Assembly (NCBI GenBank): GCA_964495685.1
Contig: CAZBVQ010000003.1
Coordinates: forward strand, 4,824 to 68,823
DNA: 64,000 nt
Direction of reading: 5' to 3'
Source of the DNA: an uncultured Candidatus Saccharibacteria bacterium
Lineage (GTDB): Bacteria > Patescibacteriota > Minisyncoccia > Phycocordibacterales > PALSA-1337
A program made the position numbers and the translations under genes. The notes beneath the pieces were generated by a model. The model was not told the DNA's origin. It did not search any database and was given only the letters and a program-made list of their open reading frames with translations. Below are positions 1 to 9,436 of this stretch, one piece after another; the first letter of the stretch is position 1, and every line of letters starts with the position of its first letter.

Positions 1-80
1 GGTGACTGTATTTATCTAGTGGATGGAGTATAATGAGGAGTGGTTATAGGAATTATAAATAAACGTTAATTTCAAATTGT

Positions 81-428
81 ATGGCAAAAACATCAGCTAT
101 CATTTTCGGCATCATCTTCGTGGTTGCTGGAATCTGGGGCCTCTTTGCTCAGCCAGCCATCGGCTTCATTGCCGCTGACACATTGAGCAGCATTATTCAC
201 ATTGTTATCGGTCTTATCCTCTTGGTGGTTGCAGGCAAGGAATCAGTCGGCACTACCCTCAAGACGGTCGGTATCATCTATGTGATCTTGGCCATCCTCG
301 GTTTCGTTGGAGCCAACTTCATCGCAGGTGACACGACGACCAATGTGTTCTATCTCATCGTTGGTGTTGTCGTTGCTGTTCTCGGCTTTGCTTCAAAGAA
401 GGGAGTCGCCGCACCGGCACAGATGTAG
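81..428 (+). CDS. small integral membrane protein (DUF4383-like; 3-4 hydrophobic helices)
   Basis: Clean 115-aa ORF with hydrophobic GxxxG-rich helices. A stem-loop terminator (aaagaccactc...gagtggtcttt) follows at ~455-482. Confidence 0.5.
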   Translation: MAKTSAIIFGIIFVVAGIWGLFAQPAIGFIAADTLSSIIHIVIGLILLVVAGKESVGTTLKTVGIIYVILAILGFVGANFIAGDTTTNVFYLIVGVVVAVLGFASKKGVAAPAQM

Positions 429-486
429 TTTTCGTGAGCGACCGCTCAACACAAAGACCACTCCAAGAGAGTGGTCTTTGTGTCAG

Positions 487-505
487 TGTGCGCCCTGAGG
501 GATTC
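487..505. repeat. 19-nt direct repeat of the tRNA-Val 3' end (tgtgcgccctgagggattc); second copy at 648-666 inside the tRNA gene; sense-oriented T-arm fragment at 584-595
   Basis: Exact 19-mer present twice, 161 bp apart. A complementary ttcgaatccctc fragment lies between the copies and could form a 9-bp hairpin with the first copy. Confidence 0.55.
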
Positions 506-649
506 TCGCCTTACAGGCGCGGTACAGGCTTCGTATCGTGCTCACTCTCGCAAGCTCGAGTTCCGCGCGATACACTCAGCCTTTTCGAATCCCTCCCGTG
601 ACGCGCGCAGGCGCGTCACTAGGACGCCCATGCTCACTTCGTTCGCATG

Positions 650-722
650 TGCGCCCTGAGGGATTCGAACCCCCGACCTTCGCTGTGTAAAAGCGCTGCT
701 CTACCAACTGAGCTAAGGGCGC
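650..722 (-). tRNA. tRNA-Val (anticodon UAC)
   Basis: Reverse complement GCGCCCTTAGCTCAGTTGGTAGAGCAGCGCTTTTACACAGCGAAGGTCGGGGGTTCGAATCCCTCAGGGCGCA folds as a cloverleaf. GG in D-loop, TTCGAAT T-loop, anticodon TAC at positions 34-36. CCA is not encoded. Confidence 0.85.
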
Positions 723-765
723 GTCGTTTCTTGTGGACTCTTAGAGATTAGCGTATATTCATGGT

Positions 766-1527
766 ATGAGCAACAAACTTCTCAACATCCCCATCTTGTA
801 CGAGGACGCTGATTGCGTTGTTGTCAACAAACCAGCTGGTCTCATGGTGCACTCGGATGGTCGCGATCCGGGGCCCTTTTTGACTGATTGGATACTCGCG
901 CACTATCCGGATGCGGTATCGGTGGGTGAGCCGGCTCGTGGTCTCGATGGTCATCCGATCGCTCGCCCGGGAATTGTTCACCGCTTGGACCGCGAAACAT
1001 CAGGCGCATTGATTGTAGCAAAGACAGCCGCTGGTCATGCGCATCTCAAACGGCAATTTCAAGATCGTACGGTCGCCAAGAAATATCTGGCATTCGTCTG
1101 GGGTGATATGCAGGAAGAGTTCGGTACCATTACTCGTTCCATTGGTCGTAGTGGTTCTGATTTCCGTAAATGGTCAGCACAACGAGGTGCGCGTGGTGAG
1201 ATGCGTGACGCCGAAACGTATTGGTCCCTCATCGGCAACGGGGAGGCGTTGACTGATACTGGCCGTGAACGATTTGCTCTGGTCGAGGTCGAGCCCAAAA
1301 CAGGGAGGACTCACCAGATTCGTGTGCACATGCTCGCCATCCATCACCCGGTCGTAGGAGATGTCCTCTATGCCCCAAAACGTCCCATGGCGCTTGGTTT
1401 CGAGCGTACCGCGCTCCATGCCCGAGCGGTGACATTTGAGACGTGTGCGGGCAAAAAGGTACATGTAGAGGCACCACTCCCTGACGACTTCCAAGCGGCT
1501 CGTACGCTTCTGGGGCTCAAAACGTAA
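766..1527 (+). CDS. RluA-family pseudouridine synthase
   Basis: Contains the HRLDRETSGALIVAKT catalytic motif (Asp in HRLD) and the N-terminal VVVNKPAGLMVH motif typical of RluA/RluD-type enzymes. 253 aa. Confidence 0.85.
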   Translation: MSNKLLNIPILYEDADCVVVNKPAGLMVHSDGRDPGPFLTDWILAHYPDAVSVGEPARGLDGHPIARPGIVHRLDRETSGALIVAKTAAGHAHLKRQFQDRTVAKKYLAFVWGDMQEEFGTITRSIGRSGSDFRKWSAQRGARGEMRDAETYWSLIGNGEALTDTGRERFALVEVEPKTGRTHQIRVHMLAIHHPVVGDVLYAPKRPMALGFERTALHARAVTFETCAGKKVHVEAPLPDDFQAARTLLGLKT

Positions 1528-1571
1528 CCTCACTTGGCAGTTTTTTATTTGTATGCTAAGCTCACGACACT

Positions 1572-2012
1572 ATGGCAACGAAGGTTATCTCACCAATCAA
1601 GCTCGATGAACGCAAGAAACTCGACATCCGTTCGGGTGATCAAGTGCGCGTCTGGCAGAAAATCGAGGAAGACAAGGGTAAATTCCGCCTCCAGGCCTTC
1701 GAAGGTCTGGTACTTGCACGCAAGCACGGCAGTGAGGCAGGTGCTACGTTCACGGTACGCAAGGTCGTCGGTGGTATCGGTGTAGAGCGTATCTTCCCGT
1801 TGTACTCTCCCATGATCGACAGTGTCGAGTTGATCCGCCGTTCCAAGGTCCGCCGCGCCAAGCTCTATTTCATTCGCGACAAAGCTACCAAGGAGATCAG
1901 GAAGCAGATGCGCCGCATCCTCTCGGTCAAAGATCCCAATCAGAATACGGATACCAAGGTTGTTTCTCAGGAAGCTGCACCAGCAGACAAACAGGAAGAG
2001 GCCAAGGCCTAA
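1572..2012 (+). CDS. rplS: 50S ribosomal protein L19
   Basis: GDQVRVW...[29 protein letters not shown] is diagnostic for bL19. A Lys-rich C-terminal extension is present. Confidence 0.9.
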   Translation: MATKVISPIKLDERKKLDIRSGDQVRVWQKIEEDKGKFRLQAFEGLVLARKHGSEAGATFTVRKVVGGIGVERIFPLYSPMIDSVELIRRSKVRRAKLYFIRDKATKEIRKQMRRILSVKDPNQNTDTKVVSQEAAPADKQEEAKA

Positions 2013-2019
2013 CAAAAAA

Positions 2020-2040
2020 CCGCTCTCAAGCGGTTTTTTG
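2020..2040 (+). terminator. rho-independent terminator after rplS
   Basis: ccgctctcaagcgg hairpin followed by TTTTTTG. Confidence 0.6.
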
Positions 2041-2049
2041 TCGATTCGT

Positions 2050-2124
2050 TGGTGCTCCCACCAGGAATCGAACCTGGACTACGAACTTCGGAGGCTCGTG
2101 TTCTATCCATTAAACTATGGGAGC
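2050..2124 (-). tRNA. tRNA-Arg (anticodon CCG), CCA encoded
   Basis: Reverse complement GCTCCCATAGTTTAATGGATAGAACACGAGCCTCCGAAGTTCGTAGTCCAGGTTCGATTCCTGGTGGGAGCACCA. Anticodon loop CTCCGAA. Confidence 0.85.
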
Positions 2125-2157
2125 AATAGTACTCAGTCATGCTGCCAAATTTCGTTG

Positions 2158-2241
2158 TGCGCAGGAGAGGACTCGAACCTCCATGCCCTAACGGGCGCTA
2201 CCACCTCAAGGTAGTGCGTCTACCAATTTCGCCACCTGCGC
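2158..2241 (-). tRNA. tRNA-Leu (anticodon GAG), long variable arm
   Basis: Reverse complement GCGCAGGTGGCGAAATTGGTAGACGCACTACCTTGAGGTGGTAGCGCCCGTTAGGGCATGGAGGTTCGAGTCCTCTCCTGCGCA. 84 nt; anticodon loop TTGAGGT. Confidence 0.85.
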
Positions 2242-2289
2242 GGGTGTGCTGCACACTATAGCGGAAAGCGATACCTTTTTCAATCTGCC

Positions 2290-2883
2290 GTGATGACATA
2301 TACTTGTAGCATGCTTTATACCCGCAAAGGAGACAGTGGTACGACCAAGGCATTCAATTCCAAGCCGGGCGTGCGTATTTCCAAAAGTTCATGTCAAACC
2401 GAGGCACTTGGTGCACTCGATGAGCTCAATTCATTCATCGGTCTCGCCAAAGTGAAGCTCGCTGATCTGTCATGGGTCGTGAATGTATCGGCGGATACTA
2501 CTCAATCACTGCCAGAAGTCATCTGGTGGGTGCAGGAATGCCTATTCATCATTCAAGCCGAGACTGCTGGTGCCGACAAGCATATAGGTGAAGACAAAGT
2601 CACGCGACTTGAATTCGTCGTCGATTGGGCTGAGCGAGAAATGCCGCCTATCAAAACCTTTTTCATTTCTGGTGGCACGGAATGTGCGGCCCTCCTCGAT
2701 ATTTCCCGTACCTTGGCACGCAAAGCGGAGCGTCGGGTGATCGCTGGTATTGAGAAAGGGGAGGTGGTCGTGGGTCCGACGACCCTGGCTTTCCTCAATC
2801 GACTTTCGTCGCTCTTCTATGCGCTGGCTCGACTAAGTAACCATAAATCTGGTATAAAGGAGGTTGCGCCGACGTATCAGTAG
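2290..2883 (+). CDS. PduO-type ATP:cob(I)alamin adenosyltransferase (MMAB-like)
   Basis: N-terminal YTRKGDSGTT...SSCQTEALGALDELNSFIGLAK matches the PduO/EutT-like corrinoid adenosyltransferase signature. The true start may be the internal Met at 2311. Confidence 0.7.
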   Translation: MMTYTCSMLYTRKGDSGTTKAFNSKPGVRISKSSCQTEALGALDELNSFIGLAKVKLADLSWVVNVSADTTQSLPEVIWWVQECLFIIQAETAGADKHIGEDKVTRLEFVVDWAEREMPPIKTFFISGGTECAALLDISRTLARKAERRVIAGIEKGEVVVGPTTLAFLNRLSSLFYALARLSNHKSGIKEVAPTYQ

Positions 2884-2902
2884 TGTCGGAGCATGCATAC
2901 AT

Positions 2903-2977
2903 GGTGGCTATAGTTTAGTGGTAAAACCTCGGTTTGTGGAGCCGAAGTTGAGGGTTCGATTCCCTCTAGCCACCCCA
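2903..2977 (+). tRNA. tRNA-His (anticodon GUG) with G-1:C73 and encoded CCA
   Basis: G(-1)GTGGCTATAGTTTAGTGGTAAAACCTCGGTTTGTGGAGCCGAAGTTGAGGGTTCGATTCCCTCTAGCCACCCCA. The extra 5' G pairing with discriminator C is the bacterial tRNA-His hallmark. Confidence 0.9.
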
Positions 2978-4561
2978 AGAAAGAATTAGGTGAGCGAAAG
3001 CGGCATTTCGTGCCTCAGCTGTAAGGTATTTCTGTAGTTCCAACCGATGATATTCAGCTTCAAGCTCTGGATAGGCTTTTTCTATTGGAACAAACCAATC
3101 ATTGGCTTTAATGCTCACTATTTTGTCTTTTATTGAAAAGTTCCAACCAAGTGCTGCAAAGATTTCTCGCTTCTTCTCCAAGGTCCCAGAATTAAAGTTT
3201 TCTCGTGCATAGCAGGCAAAGTTAAATGTCTTATCAGTAAGTTCTAACCACTTCTCGGCTCGGTTCTCAGTGTTTCTGAGGTTACTCTTTAGTTTGGTGA
3301 TTTTGTCTTTCAACCCGTCACGCTCTTTTACAAAGGTCTCGTCATCAATTAATTCTCGATAACGCATTTTGGTAAGAGCATCAATCTCTTTTTGAGTTTC
3401 GGCGACTGCTTTATGTTGCGTTTCGTAGACTTTAGTTCGGTCCTCAATCTCTTTATTATTTTCTCTGTTTAAAATCTCAAGTGCCCAGTCTTTAAACTTT
3501 GGCAGGATGGTATATCGTTCAAGTTCGATATCAACCTGATCCTCAAGTTGCTTGAGGGTGACAGGGCTTCTTTGAGTACACTTCGTCCCTTTCTTGCGCC
3601 GAGTGCAATTGTAGTAAACATATTTCTCAAAGGTGTTTGTTTTCTTAACAAACTTTATTTTCTCGCTTGCGGTATACATCGAACCACATTCTTCACAGTA
3701 AATAAGGCCAGTGTAAGCAAATTCGTGGGTTTTTGCTCTAGGTTTACCATTTCGGCCCATAAGAGCCTGGACCCGATCATACTCCTCAAGGCTAATCATG
3801 GGCTTATGGTTGCCCTTATACAGCTTTCCTGACCACTCAAACATGCCGGTGTAGAAGATATTGGTGAACATCTTATAAATCACGCTGCTAGCGAGTTCAC
3901 CGCCACCACCACGCTTTGTTTTTGCTGTTCTAAAACCCCATTTATCATTCGCGATCTTTAAAATCTGTGGAGGAGTATAGTTGCCGGTAAGCATCATGTC
4001 CCACATCTTGCGGACCAAATCAAAACGATCTTTATCCTCGATAATTATGTGCTCAAGTTTGTCATTCAAATATCCGATAGGAGCTCGGGAGGGTAGCCAA
4101 CCTCGATCAGCTTTTCCAACCATTCCACGCATACTGTTTTTCTTAAGATCAATGATGAATTGATTTGCCATTCCACTCTCAACACTAAAAAGGAGAACAT
4201 TATCATCAGGCAGATACTGACGATCAATTGTTTGAATACATTTTAAAACTCCTTGCTGCAACATCCAGCTGAGAGCTCCGCTATCAACTGGGTTTCGAGA
4301 AAGTCGATTGAGTTGCCAACAAAGAATACCGTCAGCTTCACCTCGTTGAATGCGTTTGAGCATATCATCGAAGATTGGTCGGCAATAAGGCTTCTTGGCA
4401 GATTTAGCTTCTGTCAGTACCTCTTTGATAGTGATTCCTAGGCTGTTTGCAAGTTCCTTAAGTCGGTTCACCTGATCGTCGATAGACTGAACCTGCCTGT
4501 CCTCACTTTCAGAGGATTTTCTAGCGTATATGAAGAGTGTTCTTGGTGTAGTTTGGTTCAT
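2966..4561 (-). CDS. large serine recombinase (resolvase catalytic domain + recombinase domain + zinc ribbon)
   Basis: N-terminal LFIYARKSSESEDRQVQSIDDQ (catalytic Ser) and a YCEECGSMY...C zinc ribbon. 531 aa. The stop codon overlaps the 3' acceptor stem of tRNA-His. Confidence 0.9.
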   Translation of the reverse strand: MNQTTPRTLFIYARKSSESEDRQVQSIDDQVNRLKELANSLGITIKEVLTEAKSAKKPYCRPIFDDMLKRIQRGEADGILCWQLNRLSRNPVDSGALSWMLQQGVLKCIQTIDRQYLPDDNVLLFSVESGMANQFIIDLKKNSMRGMVGKADRGWLPSRAPIGYLNDKLEHIIIEDKDRFDLVRKMWDMMLTGNYTPPQILKIANDKWGFRTAKTKRGGGGELASSVIYKMFTNIFYTGMFEWSGKLYKGNHKPMISLEEYDRVQALMGRNGKPRAKTHEFAYTGLIYCEECGSMYTASEKIKFVKKTNTFEKYVYYNCTRRKKGTKCTQRSPVTLKQLEDQVDIELERYTILPKFKDWALEILNRENNKEIEDRTKVYETQHKAVAETQKEIDALTKMRYRELIDDETFVKERDGLKDKITKLKSNLRNTENRAEKWLELTDKTFNFACYARENFNSGTLEKKREIFAALGWNFSIKDKIVSIKANDWFVPIEKAYPELEAEYHRLELQKYLTAEARNAAFAHLILSWGG

Positions 4562-4567
4562 AGTAAT

Positions 4568-5548
4568 TTATCCGGCACTGCCTGCACTTATATCCTCATC
4601 CCTAATGTTATTTAAGTAAAGAGGATTTGTGGGTTCTTCCGCTTTATTCCGCTCTATTTCGTCTAACTCCGTTTTTTCACCGTTTTTTAACGGTTGGATG
4701 TTATCAGAATTGATATCATCTCCTGACCGTTTTTCCACCGCTATTTCGGACTCAATGTTATCAAAATTGATATCATGCGTTTCCCGTAATTTACCCGTAT
4801 TTACGGGATTACTCTGATCCTGCATTTCTCCCGTACTTACAGGTGCAATATTATCCCTATTTTGCCCTAATTTTCCCTTGTTGTCAGGCCTGTGCCAGGG
4901 TGGAACCCAAGTATTGCTAGAACCCTCTGGAATAGCAACTTTCTGTGGTTTTTTGTGTACACTCATCTGGTCAGCCAGGGACTTTATTTGGTCATTTAAC
5001 TCTTTAGGAGAGTTATTATTTAGGTTAGTCAGAGTATCAATTTCATCGCTTTTTACTGAATTATCATCGGGTTTGATATCATTATTTCTTGATTTTTGAT
5101 ATCTTCCTTTCCAATTTGATAGCTTAATACGCGGCGAGTTTTCATCCAAAGATTTCCAAAAGATCGAGCTTTGAAATGCATAGAGATTGGACCGGCCAAA
5201 ACCATGTTGGCCTCTTTGGACAATAATAATTCCATGATCTTCAAGAATCTGAATAGCTTTGCTTATGCTGGTTGGATTTTTCTCACCAGTAAATTTCTGC
5301 AGGCGTTTGATACTTGGAAAAGCTCCTTGAGTTTCAGTGTTGCAGTGTCTTAAGAGGACATCCAAAACAGCACCACAAAGTCTGGGGAGCTTCGCTACAT
5401 ACCAACCATCAACATACTCGTTGTCTACAAAATAACGAGTTGGTTTATCTTTTGGGCGTAGCCGATCGAAGGGAATATCACGCAAGAGGCTTGTTGCTCT
5501 CATTCTCTTGCGTTCCTTCCACGAATTGAGGTCTTGTTTCCAGTTCAT
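4568..5548 (-). CDS. hypothetical protein with N-terminal winged-helix/HTH domain and a long disordered acidic/Asn-rich tail (island cargo; replication or regulatory protein candidate)
   Basis: 326-aa ORF. The N-terminal ~120 aa (PTRYFVDNEYVDGWYVAKLPRL...ISKAIQILEDHGIIIVQR) is HTH-like; the remainder is low-complexity. Confidence 0.5.
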   Translation of the reverse strand: MNWKQDLNSWKERKRMRATSLLRDIPFDRLRPKDKPTRYFVDNEYVDGWYVAKLPRLCGAVLDVLLRHCNTETQGAFPSIKRLQKFTGEKNPTSISKAIQILEDHGIIIVQRGQHGFGRSNLYAFQSSIFWKSLDENSPRIKLSNWKGRYQKSRNNDIKPDDNSVKSDEIDTLTNLNNNSPKELNDQIKSLADQMSVHKKPQKVAIPEGSSNTWVPPWHRPDNKGKLGQNRDNIAPVSTGEMQDQSNPVNTGKLRETHDINFDNIESEIAVEKRSGDDINSDNIQPLKNGEKTELDEIERNKAEEPTNPLYLNNIRDEDISAGSAG

Positions 5549-5762
5549 CTTGGGTAATTCTTTTGATTAATAAAGGGAGCGTAGATTCTCTATGCTTCTG
5601 AATCTTTTCAAATTGCTCTTTGGTCATTGGCCGATAGATGGCAGACATAAGCCGCACAAGTTTGATACCTTGCTCGTAGGCTTGTTCAGCACTTATTTCT
5701 TTACCGAACTCACTTCGGTAGAGTGCCTGAAACTTTGCAATGTCTGCATCGGTCAGGACCAT
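5478..5762 (-). CDS. hypothetical small protein
   Basis: 94-aa ORF between island genes. No recognisable motif. Confidence 0.35.
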   Translation of the reverse strand: MVLTDADIAKFQALYRSEFGKEISAEQAYEQGIKLVRLMSAIYRPMTKEQFEKIQKHRESTLPLLIKRITQDELETRPQFVEGTQENESNKPLA

Positions 5763-5764
5763 AG

Positions 5765-6037
5765 CTATTCCGAGTAAAGTTTGTTCTTGAGAGCCTTGAT
5801 GCTGTCAAAGAACGACCGAGCTTTGACTTTCAGTTGGTCTGAAAAATATTGATTGGCATATCTATCAATTTCTGCTTCTCGTTTGAATACGAAAAGAGCC
5901 TTGCGAGGATCGTCTCGGTCCAAGCGGATAAGCTTGTAACCCAGGCACATGAGTGCCGCCGATACTCCAAGGTCATAGGTTGTGAACACATCTGGTCCGT
6001 CAGCTTCGGGCTGGGACCAACTCCGTTTTTTAATCAT
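5765..6037 (-). CDS. small hypothetical protein (DUF5659-like)
   Basis: FTTYDLGVSAALMCLGYKLIRLDRDDPRKALFVFK resembles a small conserved family common in phage/mobile contexts. Confidence 0.45.
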   Translation of the reverse strand: MIKKRSWSQPEADGPDVFTTYDLGVSAALMCLGYKLIRLDRDDPRKALFVFKREAEIDRYANQYFSDQLKVKARSFFDSIKALKNKLYSE

Positions 6038-6163
6038 GAGTAATATTGTTAGTTAGTAATTAATGCTCTAAACAAAAAAGCCAAAGCATTACGCTCTGAC
6101 TTTATTCGTCCGAAGGAGAAAGGTGGACGGAATGATTATGGGTTTAGTGTGGGTTCAATGTGA

Positions 6164-6754
6164 TCAGGTAATCAGCTTGTAGCCTAAGCCTTTAATATTC
6201 TTGATGATGTCCTTATTTTTAGCTTTCTTGGCTGGAAGGATGCCAAGTACCTCTTTAATATTTCTGATTACAAAAGTGAGGTTGCGTTTAGTAGTTTTAG
6301 AAACAGATTCTCCTAGGATGTCAGTGTAGGTAACTTGATGATTCTTTGTAGTAACGAGTTTGAGAAGAGTATAGAATTCCTGACTCTTTGGGTTAAAGAT
6401 AGCCTCGATTGTATTCAACCGGACCGCAGCAGTGACCTTATCGATCGAGAGGGTATTGCTTCCAATTTTGATTGTAATGACGTCAGTATCAGCTTTATTT
6501 TCATTTAAATAATTTGCAAAGGTACTTATCACCCAGAAACTAACGGCTTTGCCGATAATATTTAGATCACCGATGAGGCCTTCTTGTTCAAGTTTTTTCA
6601 AAATAAGAATCTGTTCTTTCACCGACAAAGTAGGCTGGTCCTTGAGCTGTAACTTCAAAATACCAGCAGGACTTATCAGAGCTCTTTCATGGATTAAAAC
6701 CTTGATGAATTGTATCTTCTGGACCGGCGTCATGGTAATAGTAATTTGATACAA
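6164..6754 (-). CDS. hypothetical protein (AT-rich island cargo)
   Basis: 196-aa ORF. Lys/Ile-rich, low GC. No motif recognised. Confidence 0.45.
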   Translation of the reverse strand: MYQITITMTPVQKIQFIKVLIHERALISPAGILKLQLKDQPTLSVKEQILILKKLEQEGLIGDLNIIGKAVSFWVISTFANYLNENKADTDVITIKIGSNTLSIDKVTAAVRLNTIEAIFNPKSQEFYTLLKLVTTKNHQVTYTDILGESVSKTTKRNLTFVIRNIKEVLGILPAKKAKNKDIIKNIKGLGYKLIT

Positions 6755-6798
6755 ATCTACAACGAATTTGGCTTTTCTCCAATAGGGTGTTTACTGGT

Positions 6799-6828
6799 TT
6801 GACAGTCTATACCCCTAGGGGGTATTAT
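6799..6828 (+). promoter_or_regulatory. sigma70-like promoter (TTGACA-N18-TATTAT) with an embedded CsoR operator ATACCCCTAGGGGGTAT (6809-6825)
   Basis: A GC-rich pseudo-palindrome of the TACCC-N-GGGTA type sits in the promoter spacer directly upstream of csoR-copA. This matches the B. subtilis-type CsoR box. Confidence 0.65.
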
Positions 6829-6830
6829 GT

Positions 6831-7103
6831 ATGTATATGAGACAAGATATTAAAACAAAAGCTATTCGCCGATTAAAAATTGTTGAGGGGCAGATTAGAG
6901 GACTTCAGAAGATGGTAGAAGACGAGAAGTATTGCATCGACATTATCACTCAGGCATCTGCTATTAAAGAGGCGCTTACTGGAATTGAGGGCCTGGTTCT
7001 TGAAAATCATCTTTCTACGCATGTTGTTCACCAAATGAAGCATGGTAGCGAAAAGAAAGCTGTCGATGAGATTCTTAAGGTTTATAAGCTAAAGCGCAAA
7101 TAA
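6831..7103 (+). CDS. csoR: CsoR/RcnR-family copper-sensing transcriptional repressor
   Basis: RLKIVEGQIRGLQKMVEDEKYCIDIITQ...HLSTHVVHQM carries the Cys-His-Cys metal-ligand pattern of the DUF156/CsoR family. Confidence 0.85.
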   Translation: MYMRQDIKTKAIRRLKIVEGQIRGLQKMVEDEKYCIDIITQASAIKEALTGIEGLVLENHLSTHVVHQMKHGSEKKAVDEILKVYKLKRK

Positions 7104-7108
7104 AAAAT

Positions 7109-9436
7109 ATGAATCATCCCACTAAAACATATAGAGTAAAAGGAATGCATTGCGCTTCTTGTGCTGGCATTATTGAGAAGACCTTCAAGAAGACTGAGGG
7201 AGTCCATTCTGCTGAAGTAAACTATGGGACCGAAAAAGCGAAGGTTGTCTTTGATGAATCAAAAACAAGTGCGCAGGAGCTTTCAAAGAAAATAGAGCCA
7301 CTTGGCTACTCCTTGGCTCTGGACCAGGAAATGTCACATGACCATGGTAGTCAATCAGCAGAAGCGATGGGTATGTCGGCAGATGAACATGCGGCACATC
7401 TGGGACTCAATCAGTCTAAGAAAGAAAAGCTCGCCGAAGTTGCTGATATGCGAACAAAATTACTTTCTGCTATTCCTCTCGCAATTTTCGCTGCACTCGT
7501 TATGGGATGGGATATTCTCGCTCAATACAAGGCGGTCCCTGAAATGAGTTATACGATCAAAGAATTTATCCACCACCTTCTTCCGATACTAGCTACATAC
7601 ATACTGTTTGTTGTCGGTAAACCATACCTCATGGGATTTTACAGATTCCTTCGATACGGCAAGGCAAACATGGATACGCTTATCGGTATTGGAACCACTG
7701 CCGCATTTTTATATAGCTTTGCTGTCACTGCTTTTGAAGAAGCTCTACGTCCATTTATAAACGTGGACTATCAATACTATGATGTCACGATTGTGGTCAT
7801 TACTTTTATAGCCCTTGGCAAATATCTTGAAGCTCGATCGAAAATAAAGACGGGTGATGCCATAGAAAAACTCCTAAATCTTCAAGCTAAAACAGCTTTG
7901 GTCATTCGTGATGGAAAGGAAGTAGAAATTTCAGTGAATGAGGTGAAGCACGGCGACCTTATTATCGTTAAGCCGGGCGCAAAGATTCCTGTAGACGGTG
8001 TTATTACTGAAGGTTCCTCATTTATCGATGAGTCCATGGTTACCGGAGAACCGATGCCTGCTCAGAAGAAAATCGGAGACAGTGTCGTATCCGGAACCAT
8101 AAACACAAGCGGTTCATTTACTTTCAAGGCCACCAAGGTTGGGTCCGAAACGCTTCTTGCTCAGATCATCAAGATGGTTGAAGATGCTCAAGGCAGCAAG
8201 GCCCCGATTCAAGCACTAGCAGATAAGATATCAGCAATCTTCGTGCCTATAGTTTTAGTAATTTCATTTCTCACTCTTGGCGCATGGCTTATCTTTGGCT
8301 CACAGTACCTAGGATTCTCCCAAGCTCTCTCATTTGGTCTGGTTTCATTTGTCGGTATTCTCGTGATCGCATGTCCCTGTGCTCTTGGTCTTGCAACACC
8401 TACGGCCATTATCGTAGGAGTCGGTAAGGGGGCTAAGGAAGGCATACTTATCAAAGATGCGGCAACTCTGGAGAAGCTCCATAAGGTAAATACTGTTGTT
8501 GTTGATAAAACAGGGACTATCACCAAAGGAAAACCAACTCTTGTTGATATACAAAATCTTTCTGATTTAAAAGATGAGGAATTGGTATCAATTCTCGCTT
8601 CACTTGAGAAAAAATCAGAACATCCAATTGCTCATGCAATTGTAAATTACGCACAAGAGAAAAACATTTCCACATCAGATATTTCAAATTTTGAGGGCAT
8701 ACAAGGCAAAGGTCTAAAGGGAGTAGTGAAAGGTACTGAATACTTTGTCGGCAACGCTAAGCTCGTTAGTGATCTTAAGGTTTCCTTTGACGCAACAAAA
8801 CTTAATGAATTTACTTCCCAAGGTAAAACACCAGTTATCCTTGCTACTAAAGAAAAGGTCCTCGGCTTTGTCATGGTGGCTGATGAAATTAAAGCAGAGT
8901 CGGTCGAGGCAGTAAAAAATCTTCATGCCCTGGGTATAAAAGTGGTTATGCTCACTGGTGATGATGAAAAGGCTGCCAAGTACATTGCCTCTCTTGTGGG
9001 AATTGATGATGTTGTCGCCCACGTTCTGCCACAGGATAAGCTCGAAAAAATAAAAGAGCTACAGTCACAAGGTCGAGTGGTTGCCATGGCAGGTGATGGC
9101 GTGAACGACGCTCCAGCGCTTGCTCAAGCGGATGTAGGTATTGCCATGGGGACTGGAACAGATGTGGCGATTGAGTCGGCTGGTATAACACTTCTCGGCG
9201 GAGATATCTCTAAGCTCGTAAAAGCTATCAAGCTCTCGAAGATCACTATGCGTGGGATTAAGCAGAATCTATTCTGGGCGTTTATCTATAACATCGTTGG
9301 TATACCGCTTGCAGCAGGAGCCCTATATCCAGTCTTCGGTTGGCTTTTAAATCCCGTCTTTGCTGGATTTGCCATGGCCATGTCTTCGGTATCGGTTGTA
9401 TCAAATTCACTTCGCATTAAAGCCAAAAAACTATAA
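7109..9436 (+). CDS. copA: Cu(I)-translocating P1B-type ATPase
   Basis: N-terminal HMA domain GMHCASCAG, CPC motif (ACPCALG), DKTGTIT phosphorylation site, GDGVNDAPAL hinge. 775 aa. Confidence 0.95.
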   Translation: MNHPTKTYRVKGMHCASCAGIIEKTFKKTEGVHSAEVNYGTEKAKVVFDESKTSAQELSKKIEPLGYSLALDQEMSHDHGSQSAEAMGMSADEHAAHLGLNQSKKEKLAEVADMRTKLLSAIPLAIFAALVMGWDILAQYKAVPEMSYTIKEFIHHLLPILATYILFVVGKPYLMGFYRFLRYGKANMDTLIGIGTTAAFLYSFAVTAFEEALRPFINVDYQYYDVTIVVITFIALGKYLEARSKIKTGDAIEKLLNLQAKTALVIRDGKEVEISVNEVKHGDLIIVKPGAKIPVDGVITEGSSFIDESMVTGEPMPAQKKIGDSVVSGTINTSGSFTFKATKVGSETLLAQIIKMVEDAQGSKAPIQALADKISAIFVPIVLVISFLTLGAWLIFGSQYLGFSQALSFGLVSFVGILVIACPCALGLATPTAIIVGVGKGAKEGILIKDAATLEKLHKVNTVVVDKTGTITKGKPTLVDIQNLSDLKDEELVSILASLEKKSEHPIAHAIVNYAQEKNISTSDISNFEGIQGKGLKGVVKGTEYFVGNAKLVSDLKVSFDATKLNEFTSQGKTPVILATKEKVLGFVMVADEIKAESVEAVKNLHALGIKVVMLTGDDEKAAKYIASLVGIDDVVAHVLPQDKLEKIKELQSQGRVVAMAGDGVNDAPALAQADVGIAMGTGTDVAIESAGITLLGGDISKLVKAIKLSKITMRGIKQNLFWAFIYNIVGIPLAAGALYPVFGWLLNPVFAGFAMAMSSVSVVSNSLRIKAKKL

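Noticed and set aside
1059-1533. Minus-strand ORFs antisense to the RluA gene
   Set aside because: They overlap a well-supported pseudouridine synthase on the opposite strand and show no protein-like features.
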